From Laetmonice hystrix (Eukaryota): a stretch of DNA of 64,000 bases. The stretch lies in assembly GCA_965235115.1 (NCBI GenBank), contig OZ249448.1, positions 25,420,001 to 25,484,000 of the forward strand, in the 5' to 3' direction. The position numbers were made by a program, and so were the translations under genes. The notes beneath the pieces are model-generated. The model did not search any database. It had not been told where the DNA came from and saw only the letters and a program-made list of their open reading frames with translations. Positions 32,131 through 44,565 of this stretch are shown here, in pieces (positions within the stretch are counted from its first letter, which is position 1; every line of letters starts with the position of its first letter).

Positions 32131-32934
32131 CGAGGTCTGTGTCCCAGGCGACGACGGCTAACGTCACTATGACGTCAATAAAATGATGTCAGTCTATGAC
32201 GTCATCAAAATGATGTCAATGTAGGACGTCTGGCACTGTGACAATGTTTTCTCCCAACCTGCTCGCATGGGGCGCCACTGTCTGTGGTGAGAAGTAGCCC
32301 CATGCCTTATCTCGGACACAAATTGAGGAATCACTACGCGGACTATTTTATCTTAGAAATGTTAACAATATGGCATTATGATACCATATTCTAGTGTTTT
32401 GTATGCGGCATTACTGTTTAAATAAAGTGTGCATGACATGAACTGTCAAATTCTGCATTCTTTCACCATTATAATTAAAGACTGGCGAATGCGAGAAAAT
32501 GAGGAAATAAGCCAAACGTAAACAAAGCAGCATGGCGGCCAAGTTTAGGCAGAGATGTAATAGGTTATGGGGAAAGTCTTGTATTTGAACTTCTACCACG
32601 CATCCTCAGGACACCAGAGTGGCAGTGTCTAGGGTCAAAGCTCAAGGCTTCTGAACTACTTTAATTCTTCTCATTCAAGATATAGTCTGACTGCTTGAAG
32701 TAAACCATGCAGAAAGAGACGAATGCGAACAGATTGGGTTTCTCCTGCAAGAGGAGGACAAAGAAATCTTGTGATTTGTAGAGAGACGTCGGACCCATTT
32801 AATGTAGTGGGGGGGGGGGGGGCAGGCCATCTAATGTAACAAATAGATTAATTCACAAAGAAATAAATGGACCATAAAATATTGTTAAAGTGACTTTTAT
32901 CAATATTTCTCAGTCTGTAATTCATATAGGTCTA

Positions 32935-34105
32935 TCTTTGTCCCCCTTCTCTACACTTTATTTAAGTTATATGCTAAGCGTTCCCTAGCTTGCCCCCCTT
33001 CCCTACACTTTATTTAAGTTAGATGCTAAGCGTCCCCTAGCTTGCCCCCCTTCCCTACACTTTATTTAAGTTAGATGCTAAGCGTCCCCTAGATTGTCCC
33101 CCCTTCCCTACACTTTATTTAAGTCATATGCTAAGCGTCCCCTAGATTGTCCCCCCTTCCCTACACTTTATTTAAGTCATATGCTAAGCGTCCCCTAGAT
33201 TGTCCCCCCTTCCCTACACTTTATTTAAGTCATATGCTAAGCGTCCCCTAGATTGTCCCCCCTTCCCTACACTTTATTTAAGTCATATGCTAAGCGTCCC
33301 CTAGATTGTCCCCCCTTCCCTACACTTTATTTAAGTTATATGCTAAGCGTCCCCTAGCTTGCCCCCCTTCCCTACACTTTATTTAAGTTAGATGCTAAGC
33401 GTCCCCTAGATTGTCCCCCCTTCCCTACACTTTATTTAAGTCATATGCTAAGCGTCCCCTAGATTGTCCCCCCTTCCCTACACTTTATTTAAGTCATATG
33501 CTAAGCGTCCCCTAGATTGTCCCCCCTTCCCTACACTTTATTTAAGTCATATGCTAAGCGTCCCCTAGATTGTCCCCCCTTCCCTACACTTTATTTAAGT
33601 CATATGCTAAGCGTCCCCTAGATTGTCCCCCCTTCCCTACACTTTATTTAAGTCATATGCTAAGCGTCCCCTAGATTGTCCCCCCTTCCCTACACTTTAT
33701 TTAAGTTATATGCTAAGCGTCCCCTAGCTTGTCCCCCTTCCCTACACTTTATTTAAGTTAGATGCTAAGCGTCCCCTAGATTGTCCCCCCTTCCCTACAC
33801 TTTATTTAAGTCATATGCTAAGCGTCCCCTAGATTGTCCCCCCTTCCCTACACTTTATTTAAGTCATATGCTAAGCGTCCCCTAGATTGTCCCCCCTTCC
33901 CTACACTTTATTTAAGTCATATGCTAAGCGTCCCCTAGATTGTCCCCCCTTCCCTACACTTTATTTAAGTTATATGCTAAGCGTCCCCTAGCTTGCCCCC
34001 CTTCCCTACACTTTATTTAAGTCATATGCTAAGCGTCCCCTAGATTGTCCCCCCCCCCCTTCCCTACACTTTATTTAAGTTAGATGCTAAGCGTCCCCTA
34101 GCTTG
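32935..34105. repeat. ~55-bp minisatellite
   Basis: Unit ttccctacactttatttaagtcatatgctaagcgtcccctagattgtcccccc, about 21 copies. Confidence 0.9.
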
Positions 34106-34645
34106 AACACAGATCGCGTTATCCTCCCTAGTTTGAAGCTCGCCCATGCAGTCATGGAGACACGGAGAATTGTTTGTTGAGTGTTCAAGAAATAGGCTAA
34201 TCTATGCTAGCACACCTTGTATGACGTTTTGGCGACGTGGGTTTGCAGACGACCTTTTCATGCGTGTTTGTCCTATCTCTCACGCCACCCGAATCTGAAA
34301 AAAAAACAAAGAATGTCACATAACGTTATGTGACGTTCTTTGAAAAAACTGAGGGAGGGGGCAAACAAAAACACAGGGCGGCTCGACATTAAATAGGTTA
34401 AGCTTATACTCCGTCGAATGCAAACATCTCGAGACTCGATCCCATTGGGGAACCCAAATTGGGGTATACATCCCACGTTTTTTTTCTACAAATCATTTCC
34501 CCAAACTGAAAACCTTTATAAACGCCGTTCTGCTGAGGGACAAAGTGTTTCCAGGAGCGACGATCTTGTGTAGTGTTTGTGAGCTGTCTCTAGGTCTGCC
34601 TGACGTGATCAAGTCCACCTTCTACCGACCAGTAACTGTTCGAGG

Positions 34646-35386
34646 ATGAGTTGTCTTCTACTGATCGTGATGCTGACAGGTAAGTCTGCAATCTTTGAGA
34701 CAAACTTTGGTTTAGGAACCCTCCTCAATAACCTGTACAGGATATAGTCTACATACTAATTGATGCATTTTCTGAAATCTGCAGGGTTGTACAAGATTGG
34801 TTTATGTACCTTGCATGGATGTTCCGTGTTTTTATTCAGATCATTGATTACCTTCAATATATTGCAGGGTTGTTGGCCTGTCTGTCTCTCAGACCGGTCA
34901 CAGGCCGACCACCGTGCCCATTGATGTGTGCAATAGTCGATGCACCCGTCTGTGGCAGTGACGGGAACACTTACCAAAACATCTGCGCTCTGAAGCGTGC
35001 GAGGGAATGCCTGTAAGCACGCCAACCTGTAACCTGTAAGACAATTTGACCAGAAACAATAGAATCTTTTCTCGCCTCGTTCATGACGTCATGGACTTTC
35101 CCTGGTTTGAGCCATACAGTTTCATCGAACAGGAGTCACGTGATTGGTGACGTCATTGTAAGGGTCGCCATAGCCCGGTTTGAAAATCGAACATCGACAC
35201 AGCGTGGTATCGGCTAGTGTCTAGGCCTACATAATATCTATATTCGAGATTTAACATAAAGATTGATGATAAACCTGTGCATTAATTCTCTTTGCTTTCA
35301 GGGGTTTGAGAGTTTGGCAGGCATGTCCTGGATGGTGCCCGTGTAGAGTCTACCCAGATCGACACGAAGTCAGGAGGGAAACGTAA
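34646..35386 (+). CDS. Secreted Kazal-type inhibitor (gene 2, type A), 8-Cys mature domain
   Basis: Exons 34646-34679, 34868-35012 and 35302-35386: [87 protein letters not shown]. Same intron phases as gene 1; P1 = Ile. Confidence 0.85.
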
Positions 35387-35390
35387 GGAC

Positions 35391-35581
35391 GGGGCGGATC
35401 CAGGATTTTTCTTCGTTGGGGGGGGGGGGGAGTGGCACAGGTGTATGGTTGGACGAATGGATCCATATAGCTAGCTGACATGGGCAAGGGTCACTCAATA
35501 GGAGAGACCAGAACCCTGCTTTTAAAAATTTCGGGGGGGAGGGGGAGGGCGGGCCCCCTGTGCCCCCCTAAATCCGCCACT
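35391..35581. mobile_element. Degenerate GGGGCGGATCC-type (hAT-like) MITE just after the Kazal gene 2 stop; duplicated at about 37711-37902
   Basis: ggggcggatccagga ... aaatccgccactg imperfect inverted ends with a poly-G interior; a similar start occurs at 7956. Confidence 0.45.
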
Positions 35582-36963
35582 GAACGATGTATTGTGTCTT
35601 TCACCGTTACCATGGTTACTACTACATTACCGTAGGAACAGGATTATATCGGATCTGGAACGCTGAAATCAAGATAACATTGTGTCCAAGATATTTGATG
35701 GTAAATTGTTGATGGCAGGATCGGATACAAGCAAAATCATGCAAGGCAAAATGAAAAGCAACTACTGTGCCCAGTTTCTCGAAACATCTCAAGCCAAGAC
35801 TTAAGTAGCTTGTGCTCAAATTGAGCGCGGAGGTGTTTCGAGAAACTTCTGTTTCGAGAAACCAGGCCGTGGTATGTTCTTAACGTTAAACCCGTGTTAG
35901 ACACAACGAAGAGGGTAACAGTATTCCTAAATCATAATGATATTTTTGTTTGAAATATAGCAAGGCTATAACTATGCTTGCTTTAATAGAACGCACACTA
36001 TAACTTCATGTTTTTGGAATACTCCATTAAGCAGGTGTGTCGAAACAGGGAGCAGGGGGGCCATGGTCGCCCCAATACCTGGCTTCAGGCTGGACAATTA
36101 AAACTTCATGGATTGGTGTTTTTATCATACCGCAAAAAGTGTCACTGAGTTAATTTGGCTGCATTGGGTGCGGAGGAGAAGAATTCAATCGGGCCTACAT
36201 GTCATGTAGCCTCATGGTGAAATAGGCAAATAGGCGCTGGAACTCCGAATATATTCAGATTTGGGAGGGAGACGAAATCTTTTATATTCTGCATTACTGT
36301 TTAAATAAAGTTTGCATGACATGAGCTGACAAATTCTGAGAATTATGTTTGTTGAGTGTTCAGCAAAATAGGCTACTGTATATGGTAAACAAACACATCT
36401 TGTACGGGTATGACGTTTTGGCGACGTGCGTTCTTTGCAGACGCCGTTTTTATATATTTGTCCCATCTCTCAACAGGGAGTGTTTATCGCTCGTCCGTGA
36501 TTCCTGGGCGAGTCTTCCTTCGTCAGTTCGAAACCAAAGAGCTTATTTGCATAGGACAAGTTTTGTAATATAGCTATCCCTATCCCGGCCCATCCCTAAC
36601 TCTAATCAAATGTGAAAAAAACTGAGGGGGGCAAATAAAAACACAGGGCGGCTCGACATTTTAATAAGGTAAGCTCCCGGATACTCTGTCGAAGGCAAAC
36701 ATACTCTCGAGGCTCGATCCCATTGGAGACACCCAATTGGGCTCATACATCCGACGTTTTTTTTTCTACAAATCATTTCCCCAAACTGAAAGCCTTTATA
36801 AACGCCGTTCTGCTGAGGGACAAAGTGTTTCCAGGAGCGACGATCTTCTGCTGAGGGACAAAGTGTTTCCAGGAGCGACGATCTTGTGCAGTGTTTGTGA
36901 GCTGTCTCTAGGTCTGCCTGACGTGATCAAGTCCACCTTCTACCGACCAGTAACTGTTCGAGG

Positions 36964-37706
36964 ATGAGTCGTCTTCTACTGATCGTGCTGATGACAGGTA
37001 AGTCTGCAATCTTTGAGACTAACTTTGGTTTAGGAACCCTCCTCAATAACCTGTACAGGATATAGTATACAAATTGATGCATTTTCTGAAATCTGCAGGG
37101 TTGTACCAGATTGGCTTATGGAGGCCTACCTTGCATGGATGTTCCATGTTTTTATTCAGATCATTGATTACCTTCAATATATTGCAGGGTTGTTGGCCTG
37201 TCTGTCTCTCAGACCGGTCACAGGCCGACCACCGTGCCTATTGATGTGTGCAATAGTCGATGCACCCGTCTGTGGCAGTGACGGGAACACTTACCAAAAC
37301 ATCTGCGCTCTGAAGCGTGCGAGGGAATGCCTGTAAGCACGCCAACCTGTAACCTGTAAGACAATTTGACCAGAAACAATAGAATCTTTTCTCGCCTCGT
37401 TCATGACGTCATGGACTTTCCCTGGTTTGAGCCATACAGTTTCATCGAACAGGAGTCACGTGATTGGTGACGTCATTGTAAGGGTCGCCATAGCCCGGTT
37501 TGAAAATCGAACATCGACACAGCGTGGTATCGGCTAGTGTCTAGGCCTACATAATATCTATATTCGAGATTTAACATAAAGATTGATGATAAACCTGTGC
37601 ATTAATTCTCTTTGCTTTCAGGGGTTTGAGAGTTTGGCAGGCATGTCCTGGATGGTGCCCGTGTAGAGTCTACCCAGATCGACACGAAGTCAGGAGGGAA
37701 ACGTAA
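36964..37706 (+). CDS. Secreted Kazal-type inhibitor (gene 3, chimeric B5'/A3')
   Basis: Exons 36964-36997, 37188-37332 and 37622-37706. Same as gene 2 except the signal peptide (MSRLLLIVLMTG) and CLLMC instead of CPLMC. Confidence 0.85.
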
Positions 37707-39291
37707 GGACGGGGCGGATCCAGGATTTTTCTTCGTTGGGGGGGGGGGGGGAGTGGCACAGGTGTATGGTTGGACGAATGGATCCATATAGCTAGCTGAC
37801 ATGGGCAAGGGTCACTCAATAGGAGAGACCAGAACCCTGCTTTTAAAAATTTCGGGGGGGAGGGGGAGGGCGGGCCCCCTGTGCCCCCCTAAATCCGCCA
37901 CTGAACGATGTATTGTGTCTTTCACCGTTACCATGGTTACTACTACATTACCGTAGGAACAGGATTATATCGAATCTGGAACGCTGAAATCAAGATAACA
38001 TTGTGTCCAAGATATTCGATGGTAAATTGTTGATGGCAGAATCGGATACAAGCAAAATCATGCGGGCCTAAGGCAATAAAAAGCAACTACTGTGCCCAGT
38101 TTCTCGAAACATCTCAAGCCAAGGCGTACTACGTAAGTACCTTGTGCTCAAATTGAGCGTGGAGGTGTTTCTCCAAACTTCTGTTTCGAAAAACCAGGCC
38201 ATGGTATGTTCTTAACGTTAAACCCGTGTTAGACACAACGAAGAGGGTAACAGTATTCCTAAATCATAATGACATTTTTGTTTGAAATATAGCAAGGCTA
38301 TAACTATGCTTTAATAGAACGCACACTAAAACTTCATGTTTTTGGAATACTCCATTAAGCAGGTGTGTCGAAACAGGGAGCAGGGGGGCCATGGTCGCCC
38401 CAATACCTGGCTTCAGGCTGGACAATTAAAACTTCATGGATTGGTGTTTTTATCATACCGCAAAAAGTGTCACTGAGTTAATTTGGCCGCAGTGGGTGCG
38501 GAGGAGAAGAATTCAATCGGGCCTACATGTCATGTATAGCATCATGGTGAAATAGGCAAATAGGCGCTGGAACTCTGAATATATTCAGATTTGGGAGGAG
38601 AGACGAAATCTTTTATATGCTGCATTACTGTTTAAATAAAGTTTGCATGACATGAGCTGACAAATTCTGAGAATTATGTTTGTTGAGTGTTCAGCAAAAT
38701 AGGCTACTGTATATGGTAAACAAACACATCTTGTATACGGGTATGACGTTTTGGCGACGTGAGTTGTTTGCAGACGCCGTTTTTATATATTTGTCCCATC
38801 TCTCAGCAGGGAGTGTTTATCGCTCGTCCGTGATTCCTGGGCGAGTCGTTCCTTCGTCAGTTCAAAACCAAAGCGGAGCTCATTTGCATAGGACAAGTTT
38901 TGTAATATAGCTATCCCTATCCCGGCCCATCCCTAACTCTAATCAAATGTGAAAAAAACTGAGGGGGGGGGGGCAAATAAAAACACAGGGCGGCTCGACA
39001 TTTTAATAAGGTAAGCTCCCGGATACTCTGTCGAAGGCAAACAAACTCTCGAGGCTCGATCCCATTGGAGACACCAAATTGGGCTCAAACATTCGACGTT
39101 TCTTTTTCTACAAATCATTTCCCCAAACTGAAAACCTTTATAAACGCCGTTCTGCTGAGGGACAAAGTGTTTCCAGGAGCGACGATCTTCTGCTGAGGGA
39201 CAAAGTGTTTCCAGGAGCGACGATCTTGTGCAGTGTGTGTGAGCTGTCTCTAGGTCTGCCTGACGTATGTCCACCTTCTACCGACCAGTAA

Positions 39292-39749
39292 AGCGGTGTT
39301 TCCATTAACGCGGCTGCGGTCCGGCTGCGGTGCGGGCACGGGTACGGCTGATAAGACACGTCGTTGTTTTTAAAGGTGCGTCTCGGCTGCGTCTCAATGT
39401 TGTTGGTATAAGGTCATAAGCCATACACCTGCCGAATCGATAAGTTTTTCGATAAGTTTTTCGATATCTTGCTTGATGACCACGTGAGGCATGGTGTCAT
39501 CCATTTTTTGAGTGAAGAACATGCACGTGACCACCTAGGATCAAGGGGATCCCTCATGCGGCTCATCTGCGGCTGTGCTCGAATCGCTCCATGACGCGAT
39601 CGGGAAGAGCCGCATGCGACGCCCGGACGGGCGCCGGACGGAGATCGCATTAATGGAAACACTTACATTAAAAACAACGACGTGCGATATCAGCCGTACC
39701 CGTGCCCGGACCGCAGCCGGACCGCAGCCGCGTTAATGGAAACACCGCT
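39292..39749. mobile_element. PIF/Harbinger-like MITE in the 5'UTR of Kazal gene 4
   Basis: About 85-bp TIRs (agcggtgtttccattaacgcggctgcggtccggctgcgg...). The empty site ccagTAActgttc is seen in both paralogs; the filled site is flanked by TAA and TGA. Confidence 0.85.
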
Positions 39750-39762
39750 TGACTGTTCGAGG

Positions 39763-40618
39763 ATGAGTCGTCTTCTACTGATCGTGCTGATGACAGGCAA
39801 GTCTGCAATCTTTGAGACTAACTTTGGTTTAGGAACCCTCCTCAATAACCTGTACAGGATATAGTATACAAATTGATGCATTTTCTGAAATCTGCAGGGT
39901 TGTACCAGATTGGCTTATGTAGGCCTACCTTGCATGGATGTTCCATGTTTTTATTCAGATCATTGATTACCTTCAATATATTGCAGGGTTGTTGGCCTGT
40001 CTGTCTCTCAGACCGGTCACAGGCCGACCACCGTGCCCATTAATAGTGTGTACGATGGACTATACACCCGTGTGTGGCAGTGACGGCATTACCTACTCAA
40101 GCATCTGCGCTCTGAACCATGCGAAGGACTGCCAATAAGCACGCTGACCTGTAACCTAAAAACACCATACTAGGAGCCTTCTCTTATCATTATAGTGTCA
40201 GTAGCCTTTCCAATGTGACTAGCAGAGAACTATCTACAGTATTCAATTGTTGGCTCGACTCGGGAAACGGTCGAGACGTCATTAAATAGCGATATAATAA
40301 AGGATGGAATAAGACAATTCGACCAGAAACAATAGAATCTTTTCTCGCCTCGTTCATGACGTCATGGACTTACAGTATGTTCGAACAGGAGTCACGTGAT
40401 TGGTGACGTCATTGTAAACGTCGCTGGAGCCCGTTTTTTATATACCGACCTACACAGCGTTGGTATAGACCTACATTTATAAGCTAGTTTCTAGATTATT
40501 TACTCGAAAGTTAACATACAGATTGATGATAGCCCTGTGTATTCACTTTGTTTTCAGGAGAAAGGTTATTACCGTGGTATGCGAGGGTGAATGTCCGTCA
40601 TGTGACGACACGTGGTGA
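39763..40618 (+). pseudogene. Kazal-type inhibitor gene 4 (type B) with a disrupted intron-2 donor
   Basis: Exons 39763-39796 (GC donor), 39987-40134 and 40558-40618 would give ...[56 protein letters not shown]. The donor homologous to GTAAGC reads ATAAGC (40135), so read-through stops at TAA 40136-40138 after the 5th Cys. Confidence 0.7.
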
Positions 40619-41212
40619 ACGACATGATGTGCTGCGTCTCTCACCGTTCATATTTCTATGAAGTGTTTTACCTCGCTCATGTTATTGGGCGCCTATTGTA
40701 ACTAGATCTACGAGACAATGTAACTTTGAGCTGGGGATTATTGAAAACCGTCGATGCCAATGAACCCCAGGGTAAATAAAAGAACTTTTAAAAAAGAAGG
40801 TTAGTAGCCTACCGTCATGACTGTGGGAACAGGATTTTGTCGATTCTGGGACCCTAAAAAGATAACATTGTGTCCAAGATATTCGATTTGAAATTGGTGC
40901 AGTCAGGATCGAAAGCAAAATCATGCTATGCGAATGGGTGCAGTAATCTTAGGGCCTGGGTTCGATTCCTGTAGAGGACTATACAACCTTTCTCTTTAGG
41001 GACATTGTCAAAGTAATTGGGTTACCCCTGATGCCCGTGCATTTCAAAAGAAAAATACAGTCTACGCCAGTGCCAGGATTACCTTACCAGTCAATGTTCG
41101 GTAGAAATCATGTGTAGCTCTAACTAGGAAAATATGGATTCCGTCTCATTTCGGAAGATGTGTGTAGGGGGAGGGTCCATTGTCCTGCTCGACCACCAAA
41201 GCTCCTTTTTAA

Positions 41213-41398
41213 GGGGAGTGGCGGTGGCCGAGTGGGCATGGGTGTCGACACCTTATGCTATGCGAATGGGTGCAGTAATCTTGGGGCCGGGGTTCGATTC
41301 CTGTAGAGGACTATACAAATTTTCTCTTTAGGGACATTGTCAAAGTAATTGGGTTACCCCTGATGCCCGTGCATTTCAAAAGAAAAATAAAGTCTACG
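41213..41398 (+). mobile_element. tRNA-derived SINE-like element; 5'-truncated copy at about 40924-41068
   Basis: Pol III A-box TGGCCGAGTGG (41225-41235) and B-box GGTTCGATTCC (41291-41301), an acceptor stem that does not pair, an A-rich 3' end, and a second copy nearby. Confidence 0.7.
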
Positions 41399-41935
41399 GG
41401 TAAGAAGATTTCTAAATAATAATAATATTTTTGTTTGAAATATAGCAAGTAGGCCTATATATATACTTTAGTAGTACGCACACTAAATTTTTATGTTTAT
41501 AGAAAATAGGCCTACTCCATTAAGCAGGGGTGTCGTAACAGGGGGCAGGGGGCCATGGTCGCCCCAATACCTAGTTTCGCCCCTTTCAAGGCATAGGCTG
41601 ACCCCAACTTGACAACTCCTGGCTTCAGGCTTGACAATTCTGCCACTTTATGTATTGGTGTTTTTATCATACCACAAAAAGTGGCGCTGAGTTCATGTAG
41701 TTTGGCCGCAGTGGTTGCATGAGGACAAGTTCAATACACGGTGAAGTAGGACAAGTTCAATACACGGTGAAGTAGGCCAACAGGCATTGGAAGATTTCAG
41801 ATTTCGGAGGAGAGACAAAGGAGGATAGAGTGGCCTAAAGGTATTATTAAACACCATAATCAAACTTAAGGCTGGGTGATAATTAGTCTAAGAATTAGTC
41901 GTATAAACTCAAAGGCACCGCACTGAAGATAAATA

Positions 41936-43065
41936 TCGGGTGGATAAAAAAACGCCCCGAACTTTAAACTTCAATATTTCAAAAAGTAATGATTGTAATT
42001 CACTGAAATTGTTCTTAATATCACTTCATGATGTTGTCTCTTAGTTGTTAATGTTACAGCTCAATAGCTTGGATAATATTTCTGTGGGGCTAAAAACAAA
42101 AATCATTGTACAAAAGCGCAGTGCCGGGCTAAAGCGAGTTGTAGTCGCATCCAGGGTCCGTGGCCTCACACTAGAGTTGGTCCATCGGTCCCCCGTTTTT
42201 TTTTTGAGATTGAGAGATTCTTTTATTTTTCAAGTGGAAAATGGTACAGGCTTTCGTTAGAGATGAAGAAGTTCTTGTAAGAACTTATGTACATCCTGGA
42301 TAACATGCACGTTATAGTATATAATTGGCTCCACGAGCCGTAAACAAAACAATAATAGATAGATATCTCAATTTGCAGGTTGTTAGTAGTAGTGTTCATG
42401 TACAGTGCCTTTATAGTACCTTTAGTCGTGTTTGAACAAACATAATATGGTTTTCACTACATACTGCTCTGTCTCTTTTTCCATGAGCCAATGCACTTCC
42501 TGATCTCTGATAGGGAAATATCTTCCCAACATTGGGAAATACGCAACGTTTTGAATGTGTTGCTAAAAGTGATAATGATACGATTTCCCTTGAACCTCTC
42601 GTTACAGCCATATCGTCATAATGTTGCAGTTTCTCTGTAGGGTTTGGCACATTAAACATCTGTTTTTCTCTAAAAGTACTAGGAATAGCACATATTTCAT
42701 TATATCTAGTGGTCCATAACATGATACATATTGTAAAACATGCAAAAACTATTGATTTTTGTAACCCAAGGTACAATGCAAAAACTATTGATTTTTTTAA
42801 CCCAAGGTACAATGCAGTGCATCAAACAGGTGTCAAATTGAACCTGGCAGCTGCATGATATTTGACCTAATTCCGGCATTGCATTTTTAGACAATGATTT
42901 CTGTTTTTAGCGCCACGGGATTAATATCAAAGCTATTGAGCTGAAACTTTACCATACCAGAGATAATATCATTAAGTACTATTAAGAGAAATTTCATTGA
43001 AATACAATTGTTACTTTTTGGAATATTGAAGTTTAAAGTTCGGGGCGTTTTTTTTATCCACCCGA
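41936..43065. mobile_element. Tc1/mariner-type nonautonomous transposon, 1130 bp
   Basis: TIRs tcgggtggataaaaaaacgccccgaactttaaacttcaatatt / aatattgaagtttaaagttcggggcgtttttttatccacccga extend imperfectly for about 200 bp; TA flanks at 41934-41935 and 43066-43067. Confidence 0.85.
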
Positions 43066-43269
43066 TATATAACTCATGAACTCATGGGGTCGTCAATGAT
43101 GTAGCCTATGTCAGCCTTATGCGTTCATTGTCGGTCACGTGACCGAGATATATCGCTATCCCTATCTCGGCCTATCATAGTAGGGTCGACCATCGTAACA
43201 ATGGGCATGAGCTATGTCTTGTTGATTACGACACATATTTGAACCCTCTGCTCTCTCCCTTAACCAATG

Positions 43270-44045
43270 GGCCTAGATCTATGCACTGCTATGTTATAAG
43301 ATCGTCAGCCTAGATGTCGGCAGTTCCATCATGGTCGTAGAGTCCGCGCAGACACTGTGGAGCGCAACAATCCGACCCTTTCTTTTCTTCCTTCTTCGAT
43401 CCCCTACCTCCCTCTCTCAATTTCTGTTGTTACATGACTCTACAAGTAAGGTTATTCGTTCTTTTATCTGTGTATATCCTTCGTACAAATGGCCTCCCGT
43501 TAGTCCATCGACAGCCAGCTGTGTGTCAGCTATGTGCCGCTAGGTGGCATCTCCACGATAGAGGGCGCCTTGAGAGGTCGTGTATGTTGATCTCATATCT
43601 TTGTAGCTATATCCGTTTACTCGTCTAGAAAAATTTAATTCCAAATCTGATGTACGGAAGATATGCTCTCCCCAACCAATTAATTATAGGTCTATGCACT
43701 GCTATGTTATACGATACAAGTATCGTCAGCCTAGATGTCCGCAGTTCCATCATGGTCGTAGAGTCTGGCAGGCACTATGGAGAGCAACAATCCGACTCTC
43801 TTTATTCCTTTGTCCACCCCCTACTTTCCTCTCTCAATTGGTATTGTTACATGATTGTACTGGTGAGTTTCTTATTATAGGCCTAGACCTATATCTGTCT
43901 ATCCTTCGTACAAATGCCTCCTGTCAGTCCATTGTGTAGGTGCCAGCCGACTCTGTGTCAGCTCTGTGCCGCTAGGTGGCAACTCCACGATAGAGGGCGC
44001 CTTTAGAGATCGTATATTTTATCTCATATCTTTGTATTTCTGCGT
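43270..44045 (+). repeat. Local ~400-bp direct duplication (43270-43610 vs 43685-44040), partial third copy near 44420-44560
   Basis: Shared atgcactgctatgttata...cgtcagcctagatgtc...ccgctaggtggca...cgatagagggcgcc. Confidence 0.8.
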
Positions 44046-44134
44046 TATTTGTCCATAAATCAATCAATCAATAATTGGGGGGGGGGGGGTATATTGTCTG
44101 AAATTTATATCGTTTAAAATAGCAGGGACTTTGG

Positions 44135-44400
44135 CAGATATGGGTAATTGGTCGTATAGAGACTGGCTTTGGTAGATCTAAGGTTGAATAATGACCTGAT
44201 GGAAGGCCTACAAGGTAAGAGATGGTCATGGGTAATTGGTCGTATAGAGACTGGCGTTGTTAGATGTAAGGTTGAGTAATGACCTGATGGTAGGCCTACA
44301 AGGTAAGAGATGGTCATGGGTAATTGGTCGTATAGAGACTGGCGTTGTTAGATGTAAGGTTGAGTAATGACCTGATGGTAGGCCTACAAGGTAGGCCTAT
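44135..44400. repeat. 88-bp tandem repeat, 3 copies
   Basis: atgggtaattggtcgtatagagactggc at 44140, 44228 and 44316. Confidence 0.85.
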
Positions 44401-44565
44401 ACGAGATGGTAGGGTCGAGGATCGTAACCATGTCCTTGAGCTATGTCTTGTTTGCTATGGACACATATTTGAATATCTCTGGTCTGTCCAACCAATAGGC
44501 CTATGCACTGATATGCTATGAGATGGGTACAGGTATCGTCAGCCAAGATGTCGGCGGTTCCAACA

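Larger units (their letters stand above)
34150..41800 (+). repeat. Tandem segmental duplication, period about 2.3 kb, carrying Kazal genes 2-4
   Basis: Matching landmarks at 34868/37188 and 35302/37622 (offset 2320), 36349/38680 (offset 2331), and 37188/39987 (offset 2799 including a ~460-bp insertion). The third downstream block (40840-41800) is more diverged. Confidence 0.9.

Noticed and set aside
41213-41310. tRNA gene
   Set aside because: A and B boxes are present, but the acceptor stem does not pair and a second copy shares the downstream tail, which fits a SINE.
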